Assembly (NCBI GenBank): GCA_963662465.1
Contig: OY759599.1
Location: 3,616,001 to 3,680,000 of the forward strand
Direction of reading: 5' to 3'
Origin: Desulfatiglandales bacterium
GTDB taxonomy: Bacteria > Desulfobacterota > DSM-4660 > Desulfatiglandales > Desulfatiglandaceae
DNA length: 64,000 nt
The first letter of the stretch is position 1, and every line of letters starts with the position of its first letter. A program made the position numbers and the translations under genes. This document shows positions 1-10,535 of the stretch, piece after piece. The notes beneath the pieces were generated by a model. The model had not been told where the DNA came from and did not search any database. It saw only the letters and a list, made by a program, of their open reading frames with translations.

Positions 1-561
1 ATTCTGGGAATGGGCATGACCATCACCGCCTGTTATGTGTTTCTGGCCCTCATCCTGGCCCCGGCCCTGGTCAAGAGCGGTCTTTATCCCCTGTCCGTAC
101 ACCTGTTTATCATGTACTGGGGCATGGCTTCCTACATTACCCCTCCCGTGGCCCTATCGGCCTTTGCGGGCGCGGGGCTTGCCGGGGCCGACCCCATGAA
201 AACGGCCTTCAAAGCCATGCAATTCGGGTTCGTCAAGTATTTCATCCCCTTTTTCTTTGTTTTGAACCCCGCCATTCTCCTTCACGGATCCGCCTGGAAT
301 ATTCTGACAAGCTTCATCCTGGTCTGCTGTTCCGTAATCTGCATCAGCTACTCCCTTGAAGGGTACGTACCCAAATACGGGCTTGCGCCCCGATGGATGC
401 GGGTGGCCCTGTTTGCCGGTGGGATGTGCCTGGGGCTCCCCTGGTGGAATATCAGATCCGTGGGGGGAATCCTGGCCCTGGTGGTGTTGATTTTCGGCTT
501 TGGTTTTCACAAAGGCAAAAGCCCCATCACTGAAATCGTAAAAAAACCCATGATGGGTTAA
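1..561 (+). CDS. TRAP transporter fused (4TM/12TM) permease, C-terminal part (runs off window start)
   Basis: Hydrophobic ORF with LGMGM..T.ACY and ITPPVAL.AFA motifs typical of DctM-type fused permeases. Confidence 0.85.
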   Translation: MLGMGMTITACYVFLALILAPALVKSGLYPLSVHLFIMYWGMASYITPPVALSAFAGAGLAGADPMKTAFKAMQFGFVKYFIPFFFVLNPAILLHGSAWNILTSFILVCCSVICISYSLEGYVPKYGLAPRWMRVALFAGGMCLGLPWWNIRSVGGILALVVLIFGFGFHKGKSPITEIVKKPMMG

Positions 562-575
562 GGACGCTTTAAAAA

Positions 576-2123
576 ATGGACCTTGACAAGACCCTTCAGC
601 AACTGGACATAAAGCGGCAAAAAGCCCTTCAAATGGGAGGCGAAGATCGGATTCGAAAGCAACATGCCAAGGGGAAGCTTTCGGCCAGGGAACGCATCCG
701 TAAACTGCTGGATGGGGGATCCTTTTTTGAAATGGGTCTGTTGGCCCATTCGGCAATGCCGGGCATGGCGGATCAGACCCCGGCGGACGGCGTGATCTGC
801 GGATACGGGACCATAGGGGGCAGGCGGGTGGCGATCATTGCCAATGATTTTACCGTCCTGGCCTCAACCAATGCCGAGACAAACCTGAAAAAAACGCTCC
901 AATTCAAAACCCAGATCAAAAAAAAGGGCGGCATGCCCCTCATCTGGCTGGGGGAGTCCGGCGGCGCGCGAATGCCCGACTGCCAGGGGGCAAGAGAGTT
1001 CTGCACCCTTTCCGGCGGCGGCATGGACACCCTGGCGCCGGCTTACACCCATCTTCGAACACACCCCTTCATCTTTGCCGCCATGGGGGAATGCTACGGC
1101 ATTCCTGATTTTCAGGCGGCCCTGGCCGATTTTGTGATTCAGGTGAAGGGGAGCGTTCTTTCCGTGTCAGGTCCTCGGGCCCTGGCCAGGGCCGTGGGGC
1201 AGACGCACTCCGGCGAAGAGATGGGGGGCTGGAAAGTCCACTCCCGAATCACCGGCATGACGGACCGGGTGGTGGAAAACGAGGAGGAATGTTTTCATAT
1301 GATCCGGACCTTTCTGGATTATATACCCGACAACCGCGATGAACTTCCCCCATCACGGCCGATCCCCGAACCACCCCAAAATCCCGCGGCCCGAATTCTC
1401 GATCATTTTACCGCCAATCGAAAAAAACCCTACGACATGCACCCGATTCTGGAGTGTCTTTCGGACGGGGAAAAATACCTGGAACTGAAACCCGAATACG
1501 GCGCCATGCTCCTGACCGCTCTATCGCGAATTCAAGGAGAGGTGGTGGGCTTTATCGCCAACAACCCAGCCATCAACGCAGGCGCCATGGACGTGAACGG
1601 TTTGGACAAACTGACGGGATTCATCTGCTTATGCGATTCGTTCAACATTCCCATGATCTTTCTTCACGATACCCCCGGACATTTGGTGGGAAAAGCGGCG
1701 GAGCAAAAAAAGGTAGGCGCCAAGGTGGTCCAAGCCCAACAGGCCCTGTTTCAAGCCACCGTTCCCAAAATCAGCATCATCATTCGCAAAAGTTATGGAA
1801 AGGCCTGCACCAACATGTGCGGACCGGGCGCGGGGTATGATTTTATCGCCGCATGGCCCACCGCGGAGATCGGTTTCATGGATCCGGAGATTGCCGCAGA
1901 CATTGTTTACGGTAATTTTTCCGAACAGGAGCGCAACACTTCCCTTCTAAAAATGATCGGGGATCTTTCCCCCTACCCGGCGGCAGGGTCCTACCATATT
2001 CAGGATATCATTGATCCCAAAGAGACCAGGGCCTATCTGATCAATGCCCTTGGGGTAATACGGGACTGGAAAAACAAAGGGATGGGTCAACATCATCTCG
2101 CCAACTGGCCTACGAAGTTCTAA
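576..2123 (+). CDS. Acyl-CoA carboxylase/decarboxylase carboxyltransferase subunit (paralog 1)
   Basis: QHAKGKLSARERI, ADGVICGYG, ESGGARM, CDSFNIP, DIIDPKETR motifs of the PccB-like family. Confidence 0.9.
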   Translation: MDLDKTLQQLDIKRQKALQMGGEDRIRKQHAKGKLSARERIRKLLDGGSFFEMGLLAHSAMPGMADQTPADGVICGYGTIGGRRVAIIANDFTVLASTNAETNLKKTLQFKTQIKKKGGMPLIWLGESGGARMPDCQGAREFCTLSGGGMDTLAPAYTHLRTHPFIFAAMGECYGIPDFQAALADFVIQVKGSVLSVSGPRALARAVGQTHSGEEMGGWKVHSRITGMTDRVVENEEECFHMIRTFLDYIPDNRDELPPSRPIPEPPQNPAARILDHFTANRKKPYDMHPILECLSDGEKYLELKPEYGAMLLTALSRIQGEVVGFIANNPAINAGAMDVNGLDKLTGFICLCDSFNIPMIFLHDTPGHLVGKAAEQKKVGAKVVQAQQALFQATVPKISIIIRKSYGKACTNMCGPGAGYDFIAAWPTAEIGFMDPEIAADIVYGNFSEQERNTSLLKMIGDLSPYPAAGSYHIQDIIDPKETRAYLINALGVIRDWKNKGMGQHHLANWPTKF

Positions 2124-2142
2124 TACGGAGACGCAAAACAAT

Positions 2143-3705
2143 ATGTGGAAAAATGAGCTGGACGAACTGAAAAAAAGAAAAAAAATCGCCTATGGACTGG
2201 GGGGTGAAAAAAATATCGCCAAACAACATGCCCACGGGAAAATGACCGTTCGGGAACGAATCAACGTTCTGTGCGACGACGAAACCTTTCTCGAAAGGGG
2301 CATTCTGGCGGGGGCCCCCACGTACGATGACCATGACCCGAACAAGCTAAAAAGTTTGACGCCCTGCCCTTTTGTCATGGGCATCGGAAAGATTGACAGC
2401 AGACGGGTTGCCATTCACGGCGACGACTTCACCGTCAAAGGGGCGTCCGTGGGAAGGATGTACAAGGCCAAGGGCGCCTATTTTGTGAAGATGGCTCGCT
2501 CCATGAGGCTGCCCATGGTACGATTGGTGGAAGGGGCCGGGGGATCCATCAAGGAGATCCTGGAGATCGGCCACACCGAACTACCCAGCTCCGGGGATGA
2601 GTGCGCCCAGGATCGGGTGGAGGTCATGTCCGAAATACCGGTGGTGGCAGCCGGTTTTGGGTCCGTGGCGGGGCTTGGGGCCCTTTACATGGTGCAAAGC
2701 CATTTTTCCGTGATGGTTCAAAACATGTGCCATGTGTTTGTGGGTGGGCCGCCCCTGGTAAAATCCGCTTTCGGAGAAGAATTCACCAAGGAAGAGCTGG
2801 GGGGCTACAAGCTGCATACGCGCCTCACGGGCGTCATTGACAATGACGCGGTGGATGAACAGGACGCCCTTGATCAGATAAAACGGTTTTTGTCCTATAT
2901 GCCTTCCAATGTGTGGGAAATACCCCAACGGCAGAAAGCGGATCAGGACGACCCGGAACGTCGGGAAGAAGATCTCATTAACATCATCCCCCGGGACAAC
3001 CGAAAACCCTACGACGTGCGACGGATGTTGAATCTGGTGTTGGACAGGGATTCCATCTTCGAAATCGGAAAATACCAGGGCCGTCCCCAAATTACAGCGC
3101 TAGCCCGCCTGAACGGCTACCCCGTGGGAGTGCTGTCCAATGACCCTATTTTTCTAGGGGGGTCCTTCAACTATGATGTGGCGGAAAAATTTCAACGGTT
3201 TATCGACATGTGCGACACCTTTCATATTCCCATTGTCAACTTTTCCGACCAACCGGGTTTCACCATCGGACTACAGAGCGAACTCCACGGCACCATCCGA
3301 AAGGGGGTCAGGGCCAGTTTTGCCATCATACAGGCCACAGTCCCCATTGCTGTCATTTACCTACGCAAATGCTTTGGCGTGGCGGGGGGCGCCCAAAAAA
3401 GCGGCCTGCGATTGAGCTGGCGGTATGCCTGGCCTTCGGCGGTGTGGGGAAATATTCCCGTTGAAGGGGGTGTTTACGCAGCCCATCGAAAAGAGATTGA
3501 GCAAGCGGAAGATCCGGACTATCTTGAGAAACTGCAGGAAACCTACCGGGGTGTGGCATCGCCGTTTAAGACCGCCGAGGCATTCGGCATCGAGGATATT
3601 ATCGATCCAAGGGACACCAGGTCCCTTCTATGCGAGTGGGTGGAAATGGCCTACGACGTGGAAAAAAACAACCTGGGGCCCAAGAAACGGGGGATGCGGT
3701 GTTAA
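2143..3705 (+). CDS. Acyl-CoA carboxylase/decarboxylase carboxyltransferase subunit (paralog 2)
   Basis: QHAHGKMTVRERI, FVGGPPLVK, CDTFHIP, DQPGF, DIIDPRDTR; GGAG RBS upstream. Confidence 0.9.
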   Translation: MWKNELDELKKRKKIAYGLGGEKNIAKQHAHGKMTVRERINVLCDDETFLERGILAGAPTYDDHDPNKLKSLTPCPFVMGIGKIDSRRVAIHGDDFTVKGASVGRMYKAKGAYFVKMARSMRLPMVRLVEGAGGSIKEILEIGHTELPSSGDECAQDRVEVMSEIPVVAAGFGSVAGLGALYMVQSHFSVMVQNMCHVFVGGPPLVKSAFGEEFTKEELGGYKLHTRLTGVIDNDAVDEQDALDQIKRFLSYMPSNVWEIPQRQKADQDDPERREEDLINIIPRDNRKPYDVRRMLNLVLDRDSIFEIGKYQGRPQITALARLNGYPVGVLSNDPIFLGGSFNYDVAEKFQRFIDMCDTFHIPIVNFSDQPGFTIGLQSELHGTIRKGVRASFAIIQATVPIAVIYLRKCFGVAGGAQKSGLRLSWRYAWPSAVWGNIPVEGGVYAAHRKEIEQAEDPDYLEKLQETYRGVASPFKTAEAFGIEDIIDPRDTRSLLCEWVEMAYDVEKNNLGPKKRGMRC

Positions 3706-3889
3706 AGCGCAATCGCATAAACCCAATCCGGATGATTTGTTTGTCGCGTCTTTATTTCTCTTGACCCAAAACCGGAATTTCAATACAGTCTTTAATCAAA
3801 AGGCAGCTTTTTATCAGATCGTCTTCCTAAATGGCGCTTATGTCACCATCGTAACCCCAACCTAAAACCACAATTGGGGAGGAATTGGT

Positions 3890-4120
3890 ATGAAAATTTC
3901 CAAGTGGCTCTCGGGAACTAAAACACTGGGGCATATTCATAGGACCCCACGAACAATCCAGACAACCCTGCATGAACAGATCCCGATTCGGCGGTTACGG
4001 AATCTGAAGCAAGGCAAAAGCATCAGAGGAACAAGGGATGTTGAGCGGTTGGGATCCACTGATTGGGATCGCCGTATTTCCAACACCGCCCAAAAACGGA
4101 CATCCCGGAAACATCGCTAG
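3890..4120 (+). CDS. Possible small basic protein, unknown function
   Basis: GGAGG RBS upstream of ATG, 76 aa Arg/Lys-rich; no recognisable family. Confidence 0.3.
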   Translation: MKISKWLSGTKTLGHIHRTPRTIQTTLHEQIPIRRLRNLKQGKSIRGTRDVERLGSTDWDRRISNTAQKRTSRKHR

Positions 4121-4274
4121 AAAACGATCTTTTGCTAAGGAGATAAACCACTTCAGCATTGCTGCCCTGGGCGTCGCGCGCCCAGTAGAACAATTCCGGA
4201 CCATACCAGGCCGGAAGCTCCCAGGCGACATGTAGAAAGTCAATGGTTTTTCGTAGATTGCTCACAATAGAACG

Positions 4275-6116
4275 TCATCGGTTCATGCGGCGCATCTGCC
4301 TTTCAATGACGTCAATGACCTCATCTTTTTTGATGGGTTTGGTCACATAATCATCCATGCCGCTTTCTATGCATTTCCGACGGTATCCTTTCATGGCGTG
4401 GGCCGTCATGGCCACAATGGGTAAATGGTCGAAACCCGCGGCCCGGATGGCCGCCGTCGCTTCAAAACCATCCATTACCGGCATTTGAATATCCATAAAA
4501 ACAAGATCGAAATCCTTTGGCCTTTTCCGCAATGTATTGACCGCCTCTTGTCCATCGGAGGCAATATCCACTTTAAACCCGGCCTTGGTGAGCATCATTT
4601 TGACCAGTTTCTGGTTGACCTTGTTGTCTTCCGCAATCAATATCCGCACGGGGCTTACGCTCGGGTCGCCATCCTCAACGAGCAGTTGCTTAGCGGCTGG
4701 GAAATCAGAGGGATATCGGTTGACCTCCTTTTCCTCGGCCTTAAAAAACCATGCCGTAAAATGAAATGTACTCCCTTCGGAAACTTTGCTTTCAGCCCAG
4801 ACATCTCCTCCCATCATATTGGATATCCGTTTGCAGATGGACAATCCCAGGCCCGTCCCCCCGTATTTTCGCGTGGTGGATCCGTCCGCCTGATGAAAGG
4901 GCTCAAAAATGGTTTCCAGTTTTTCAGCGGGTATGCCGATGCCCGTATCCCGAATGGACGCATGGATCAGAACCCGTTCAGATGTTTCCTGATCCACACA
5001 AAGTTGCAAGGCGATCTCACCGGAATCCGTGAATTTGGGGGCATTCCCCATGAGGTTGACCAACACCTGGCGAAATCGCATCTCATCCCCTTTTACGCGG
5101 GAGTACATGTTCTCCGAAATGTTGCAAACCATTTTCACGGGCTTATGGCCGATACGCGGCCGAATCAGGTCACACACCTCATGAGCCGTCAGTTCCGGTG
5201 AAAAAACAATCTCTTCCAAATCGAATTCACCGGCTTCAATCTTGGAAAAATCCAGGATATCATTGATGAGCGTCAGCAGTGATTGGCCGCTGCGTTTAAT
5301 GGTCCCCACAAAATCTTTCTGGGTGTCATCCAAACGGGTTTCCACCAGCATGTCGGTAAAACCGATCACGGCGTTCATGGGCGTCCGAATTTCATGGCTC
5401 ATATTGGCCAGAAACTGACTCTTGGCCTGGTTGGCCTCATCGGCCCGGGTTGCGAGTTCATTGGCATGCCGGATGGCATTGCTCAACTCTTTGTTGATGC
5501 GAACGATATCTTCGGTACGCGCCAGGACCAGGTCATCCAGATGGTCCCGGTGGCATTTTAATTCTTCAGCCGTCCGTTCTTTTTCCGCAATCTCAACTTT
5601 GAGGGCTTCATTGCGCTCTTGAATTTGCCGGGCCAACTCCTCATTGCGCTCGTACACCCATGAAAACCGCCTGATGAGATTATTTTTTTCGTCCAAATGA
5701 CCACTTTTCTCGTCGAGTTCCAGGGTCAGTTCATCAATTTTTTGGAAAATTAGGGACAGGGCGTGACACCACGGTTCCCAGGTCCGGGGCAGTTTGTGAA
5801 CTTGGGGAAATTGATCGCCCCGGCTCCGTGCAACGAGGTAACTGATAAAATATTCCGAGGGAAAAATAAACCGCGTGACCACCAGATGCGCGACCGCGCC
5901 CAGGATAACCGCCAGGCCCATCAACAGGAGGACTGTCCCCATCGCCCCGCCGAGCCACGGGGATGGGGCCGGCATTGTCAGAATCAGGAACCCCAGGACC
6001 GCGAATACAAAGACGATGATCCCCAAAAACAACCGCTGATCCTTCCTGAGGAAATGCAGAACCGAGCCCATGCGCTTAAGGGGAGTGGGTAATATATGGG
6101 TTTTACGATCATTCAT
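4275..6116 (-). CDS. Membrane-anchored hybrid sensor histidine kinase (HisKA-HATPase-REC)
   Basis: Two N-terminal TM segments, coiled coil, [15 protein letters not shown]-box, DTGIGI and GGTGLGL G-boxes, C-terminal REC (AEDN, MDIQMP, KP). Confidence 0.95.
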   Translation of the reverse strand: MNDRKTHILPTPLKRMGSVLHFLRKDQRLFLGIIVFVFAVLGFLILTMPAPSPWLGGAMGTVLLLMGLAVILGAVAHLVVTRFIFPSEYFISYLVARSRGDQFPQVHKLPRTWEPWCHALSLIFQKIDELTLELDEKSGHLDEKNNLIRRFSWVYERNEELARQIQERNEALKVEIAEKERTAEELKCHRDHLDDLVLARTEDIVRINKELSNAIRHANELATRADEANQAKSQFLANMSHEIRTPMNAVIGFTDMLVETRLDDTQKDFVGTIKRSGQSLLTLINDILDFSKIEAGEFDLEEIVFSPELTAHEVCDLIRPRIGHKPVKMVCNISENMYSRVKGDEMRFRQVLVNLMGNAPKFTDSGEIALQLCVDQETSERVLIHASIRDTGIGIPAEKLETIFEPFHQADGSTTRKYGGTGLGLSICKRISNMMGGDVWAESKVSEGSTFHFTAWFFKAEEKEVNRYPSDFPAAKQLLVEDGDPSVSPVRILIAEDNKVNQKLVKMMLTKAGFKVDIASDGQEAVNTLRKRPKDFDLVFMDIQMPVMDGFEATAAIRAAGFDHLPIVAMTAHAMKGYRRKCIESGMDDYVTKPIKKDEVIDVIERQMRRMNR

Positions 6117-6118
6117 AC

Positions 6119-6850
6119 TCAGGCATCGTCAGGAGAATCAACGGACTGGAAATGAAACTGGAGTTTGGTGGAACCAATCTCAATCACGTCGAATTCGTTC
6201 AACACGACCTCCTCTTTCACTGCCTGGTAATTCACCTTCGGTCTGGTAAATCCTTCGGACGGCGCCAATCGGAATTCCTCACCAACCCGGCGGATGACAG
6301 CAGCGGTTTTGCCGGCAAAAAAACCTTTGATCTGAATATGGTTTTCAGGCGCTTTTCCGATTTTGATGGGGAATGTTGTCATCGGGAAACTGCGATTGGA
6401 GCCATCCATATAAGACAGGACGGCGATGGTCTGTTTGGGGTGGCCATCATCGGCCAGATGAGAAACGCTGCGGGCCAGTTTGGATCGATGCTGCAGGGTA
6501 TCCAGGGTCATGGTCCTGCATGCGCTGAAAATTTCGGTATCCGAGGGAATGGTCTCTCCCTCTTCATAGGAAAATTCCAGAACATGTTCACCCACAGTGA
6601 TGATATCTCCCTGGGTGAGAACCCGGGAGATGATGAATTCGTCGTTGATAAAGGTGCCGTTTCGGCTCTGCTGGTCCGTAATATAAAAAAGGCCGCCTTC
6701 GGCTTCTATCTCGGCGTGATGTCTGGAAACAGCCGGATCATCAATTACCAGGTCATTATTCGGCAACTTTCCGATGGACAGGGGTTTACCCTTGTCAAAG
6801 GAAACGCGCTCTATAATCGATGCTCCTGATTTCAGTGTTAGTAACGGCAT
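6119..6850 (-). CDS. Tandem FHA-domain protein
   Basis: [21 protein letters not shown] and SRNGTFIN (FHA1) plus a degenerate second FHA; start moved to ATG 6850 behind GGGAGG. Confidence 0.85.
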   Translation of the reverse strand: MPLLTLKSGASIIERVSFDKGKPLSIGKLPNNDLVIDDPAVSRHHAEIEAEGGLFYITDQQSRNGTFINDEFIISRVLTQGDIITVGEHVLEFSYEEGETIPSDTEIFSACRTMTLDTLQHRSKLARSVSHLADDGHPKQTIAVLSYMDGSNRSFPMTTFPIKIGKAPENHIQIKGFFAGKTAAVIRRVGEEFRLAPSEGFTRPKVNYQAVKEEVVLNEFDVIEIGSTKLQFHFQSVDSPDDA

Positions 6851-7105
6851 TGCGCCCCCTCCCAATCCGATAAAATCCAACCGGCCCCCGATTGCATATC
6901 CGATAGCGGCACTATATCGGAAATTTCCGACGCTGTCGATGGTTTCCATAAATGGTCGATTTCTTTTTTATGAGAATTTTTTCGTTTTACCGTTTAAGTT
7001 ATAAGATTAAAGTGATAGATATCACAATAAATGATCAATCCCGCCGGACAAGGCTTCAGGCGGGACTAAACCGTAAAATGCAATACTCAAAACATTGGAA
7101 AAAAA

Positions 7106-9049
7106 ATGAACCATCCACCGGATTCCAATCACATCGTTCACTTTTTCCTGGATCTTTACCGGCTTCAAGTGGGACTCCCCGAACCGGATCTCCGTCTCAT
7201 GAGCGCACATGCCCTGACGGACCCCCAAAAATCCAGGGAAATAACCTATGAACTGAACGTCACCCACAGGGGGAAAGGCCATTCTCGTCGAATGAGCCTT
7301 TGCCAACTGGGCGATGACGCGGCAAGCAAGAGCACCTGTTATAAGATCATTTATGACGATCTCCTGGTACTGAAAATTCCGCCCCAACCGGTGGTTGATT
7401 TCGACCGATACCTGCAAAACATCGAATGGGAAAGACGAATATCCAGTCAACTGGCCCCGGAGGTCGCCTGCGTCAACCCCAGCCTCGGCGCAATCCTGAA
7501 GAAATTCCCTGAATTTCAAAATGACAACGAATTATCCCAAACGGCATCCGAAAAAATCATCACGCGTCGGCTGAAAGAATCTCCGGATCTTCAACGATAT
7601 TTGAAAATACGGGGAACCTTTGTTCTGTTCATGAATCTTTCCAAGCACCTGTTCTTTGACCAGGTGATCGGCAAAATGCACCAACAGGGGGATCAGCTCA
7701 GCGATACGATTGCCGGCAGTCTCGATATTATGGGCGACATACAGGCTTTCGAAGCCACCTTTGGGAAAGGCAACGATGCAATTTTTTTCAATTTTGCAAA
7801 TCTTCAGAATACCTCCTACCTGAGGGAGATGGACCGACTGCTTCAGCAGCATGGCAAAGACAGCCATGAGGTACCGGAATACCGAAAGCGACAGTGGATG
7901 TTCGATCAGCTGGCGGGAAAAGACATCGACAATGAACGGGATCAACTGCCGGAAGCGTTCATCCTGAACCGAAAACGAATCGGCGCTCGAATTTTTTCCC
8001 GGGAAAAGAAAGCCATTGCCCAATTTTTTCAACTGATACGATCCGAAATCCGAAAAACCACAGACATTCGGAACCGCAACATCGCCGGTGGCATCATTTC
8101 CAATCTAATGGAAATGCTGTTTCACCTCAGGGAAAAAGATACCGCCATCCGCGATCTGAAACCGGACAATATGTTTTTGGCGGGAAATTCCGACAATCCG
8201 GATTTTTTCCTGACATCAGCAGATCAATACGCACTGGGACTCATCGATCTGGAAACCTCCGTCAATTTTGATAAAACCAAAGCCCTGGAACAGCCGATCC
8301 TGGCCGGAACGCCTTTTTTCGCCACACCCTCTCACCTTTTCGAAAACCGGTATCTGGCAGAGGTCTTCCATGACGTCCCCAAAACCCTTTATTTGCAGGA
8401 CTGGTTTGCCGCCGTTGGGATTATCTATAACGTCGTAACCGGCAAAACCCTATTTGAAAAAACCGGCCAGCTGCTGCCGGAAGTGTTCCGGGTGCGCTCC
8501 AAAGCCATCGCGAAGGGTGAACCACCGGCAGACGTCCTGAAACATGCCGGCTGGGCCTTTTGGCACACGGCCTGCGCTGAATTCAGGAAGGCCATGGTTA
8601 CAAATCAGGCAATTTTCAAAAGCATTTTCCTGTCCCTTGGGGAAAGGGAAAAGGAAATGCTGCTGGCGGAAACCCTTGGGGCGGAATGTCTTCTGCTGAA
8701 TCAGATAAAGCGATCCATTCTGAATCAATCTTTTTTCAAGGGAGATCAAGTCCGCAAAAACATGGTCATGGCCAGTGCGGAAAAAATAGCCGACCTTGAG
8801 AAAAACTGGCCCACCGGTAAGGATGCACAAAAGGCATCACCAGAACTCAACAGCGAAATCATGGCTTTTTTGCGTTGTCTCGCCCATTTGAAAAAAAGCC
8901 GCGCAACCGTGTTGCAACTGCGCCCCTTGTTCGAAAAAGAAAGTTCCAGCATGACCGCCCAGCACCTCGTTTTTCAGTTGTTCCGGCTGGTATTTTTCTT
9001 CATGTACCGCCCGGAATGGACCCCCCGGAAACACCCGGAACCCGTTTGA
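7106..9049 (+). CDS. Ser/Thr protein kinase-like protein (atypical Hanks-type)
   Basis: VLKIPP (subdomain II), IRDLKPDN catalytic loop, IDLE (DFG-equivalent), GTPFFATP. Confidence 0.8.
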   Translation: MNHPPDSNHIVHFFLDLYRLQVGLPEPDLRLMSAHALTDPQKSREITYELNVTHRGKGHSRRMSLCQLGDDAASKSTCYKIIYDDLLVLKIPPQPVVDFDRYLQNIEWERRISSQLAPEVACVNPSLGAILKKFPEFQNDNELSQTASEKIITRRLKESPDLQRYLKIRGTFVLFMNLSKHLFFDQVIGKMHQQGDQLSDTIAGSLDIMGDIQAFEATFGKGNDAIFFNFANLQNTSYLREMDRLLQQHGKDSHEVPEYRKRQWMFDQLAGKDIDNERDQLPEAFILNRKRIGARIFSREKKAIAQFFQLIRSEIRKTTDIRNRNIAGGIISNLMEMLFHLREKDTAIRDLKPDNMFLAGNSDNPDFFLTSADQYALGLIDLETSVNFDKTKALEQPILAGTPFFATPSHLFENRYLAEVFHDVPKTLYLQDWFAAVGIIYNVVTGKTLFEKTGQLLPEVFRVRSKAIAKGEPPADVLKHAGWAFWHTACAEFRKAMVTNQAIFKSIFLSLGEREKEMLLAETLGAECLLLNQIKRSILNQSFFKGDQVRKNMVMASAEKIADLEKNWPTGKDAQKASPELNSEIMAFLRCLAHLKKSRATVLQLRPLFEKESSSMTAQHLVFQLFRLVFFFMYRPEWTPRKHPEPV

Positions 9050-9197
9050 TCATTCCGCCGACAGGTCCTTTTTGAAAAGCTGTTTATTTCAAAACAAGCA
9101 TTGCCGCCGCCACAAATTTATTGCGAGGTCAACGGACAGTCTGATAGAATTGTCTCGAAACGCGGCACATTTACGGAAATATGAAAAGGGAGGCATC

Positions 9198-10535
9198 ATG
9201 ATCGAAAAAGTGATCATCATGGGCGCGGCTGGACGTGATTTCCATAATTTCAACGTTTACTTCAGGAATAACCCACGATACCGAGTGGTGGCCTTTACAG
9301 CGGCCCAGATTCCCGACATCGAAAACCGCATCTATCCCGTTGAACTGGCGGGAGAAAGCTATCCTGAAGGCGTGCCCATATTCCCCGAAGATCAACTGGC
9401 GGCGCTCATTATCGAACATCAGGTGGACCTGGTGGCCTTTTCCTACAGCGACGTCCCCCACATGGAGGTGATGCATAAAGCCTCCCTCGTCATGAGCAAG
9501 GGGGCTGATTTCATCCTCATCGGGGCGCCCTACACCATGCTGAAATCTTCAAAACCTGTGGTTTCCGTATGCGCCGTCCGAACGGGGTGCGGGAAATCCC
9601 AGACCACCCGGGAGGTCTGCCGAATCCTCCACAAGATCCGCAAAAAGATCGTGGTGATCCGTCACCCCATGCCGTACGGAGACCTCAGAACCCAGGCGGT
9701 TCAACGATTCTCCGCTTACGGGGATTTTGAAAAACATCGGTGCACCCTTGAAGAACGGGAGGAATACGAACCGCTGGTGGAAATGGGCATCGTGGTCTAT
9801 GCCGGCGTTGACTACGGGAAAATTCTGGCGGCGGCGGAAAAGGAGGCGGACATCATTGTGTGGGACGGCGGCAACAATGACACCCCCTTTTATAAGCCCG
9901 ATATTCACATCGTGCTCTTCGATCCACACCGGGCGGGTCATGAACGGCTCTATTACCCGGGGGAAACCAACATGCTCATGGCGGATATTGCCCTGATCAA
10001 CAAGGTGGATACCGCGCCCCCCGGCAAGGTGGATGAGGTCATGAACAATATTCAGCAGTACGCATCCGGCGCCCGGATCGTAAAGGCCCGGTCGCCCGTC
10101 CTCGTCAGCAACCCCGGGCGCATCAAGAACAAGCGGGTGCTGGTGGTGGAAGACGGTCCCACCCTCACCCACGGTGAAATGTCTTTTGGCGCGGGGGTCA
10201 TTGCCGCCAAAAAATACGGCGCAGCAAACATCATCGACCCCCGTCCCTATGCGGAAGGGAGCATCAAGGCGGTTTTTTCCCGTTATCCCCACATGGGTCC
10301 GGTACTCCCCGCCATGGGTTACGGCGCAAAACAGCTCGGGGATCTGGAGCATACCATCAACCGTGTGGATTGCGATCTTGTGCTCTTTGCCACCCCCATT
10401 CACCTGACCCGAATTCTCAACATCGAGAAACCCGCCATTCGCGTCCGTTACCGCTATGAAAACCATGACCAACCGTTTCTGGAGGACATCCTGCTCAAAA
10501 GGATCCGCAACATTTTTCAGGACGAGTCGCCATGA
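9198..10535 (+). CDS. arcE: P-loop protein of the cyclic 2,3-diphosphoglycerate synthetase-like family; probable arginine synthetase
   Basis: IIMGAAGRDFHNFN N-terminus, AVRTGCGKSQT P-loop, WDGGNND, VEDGPTLTHG; 4-nt overlap with carbamate kinase; GGGAGG RBS at ATG 9198. Confidence 0.75.
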   Translation: MIEKVIIMGAAGRDFHNFNVYFRNNPRYRVVAFTAAQIPDIENRIYPVELAGESYPEGVPIFPEDQLAALIIEHQVDLVAFSYSDVPHMEVMHKASLVMSKGADFILIGAPYTMLKSSKPVVSVCAVRTGCGKSQTTREVCRILHKIRKKIVVIRHPMPYGDLRTQAVQRFSAYGDFEKHRCTLEEREEYEPLVEMGIVVYAGVDYGKILAAAEKEADIIVWDGGNNDTPFYKPDIHIVLFDPHRAGHERLYYPGETNMLMADIALINKVDTAPPGKVDEVMNNIQQYASGARIVKARSPVLVSNPGRIKNKRVLVVEDGPTLTHGEMSFGAGVIAAKKYGAANIIDPRPYAEGSIKAVFSRYPHMGPVLPAMGYGAKQLGDLEHTINRVDCDLVLFATPIHLTRILNIEKPAIRVRYRYENHDQPFLEDILLKRIRNIFQDESP

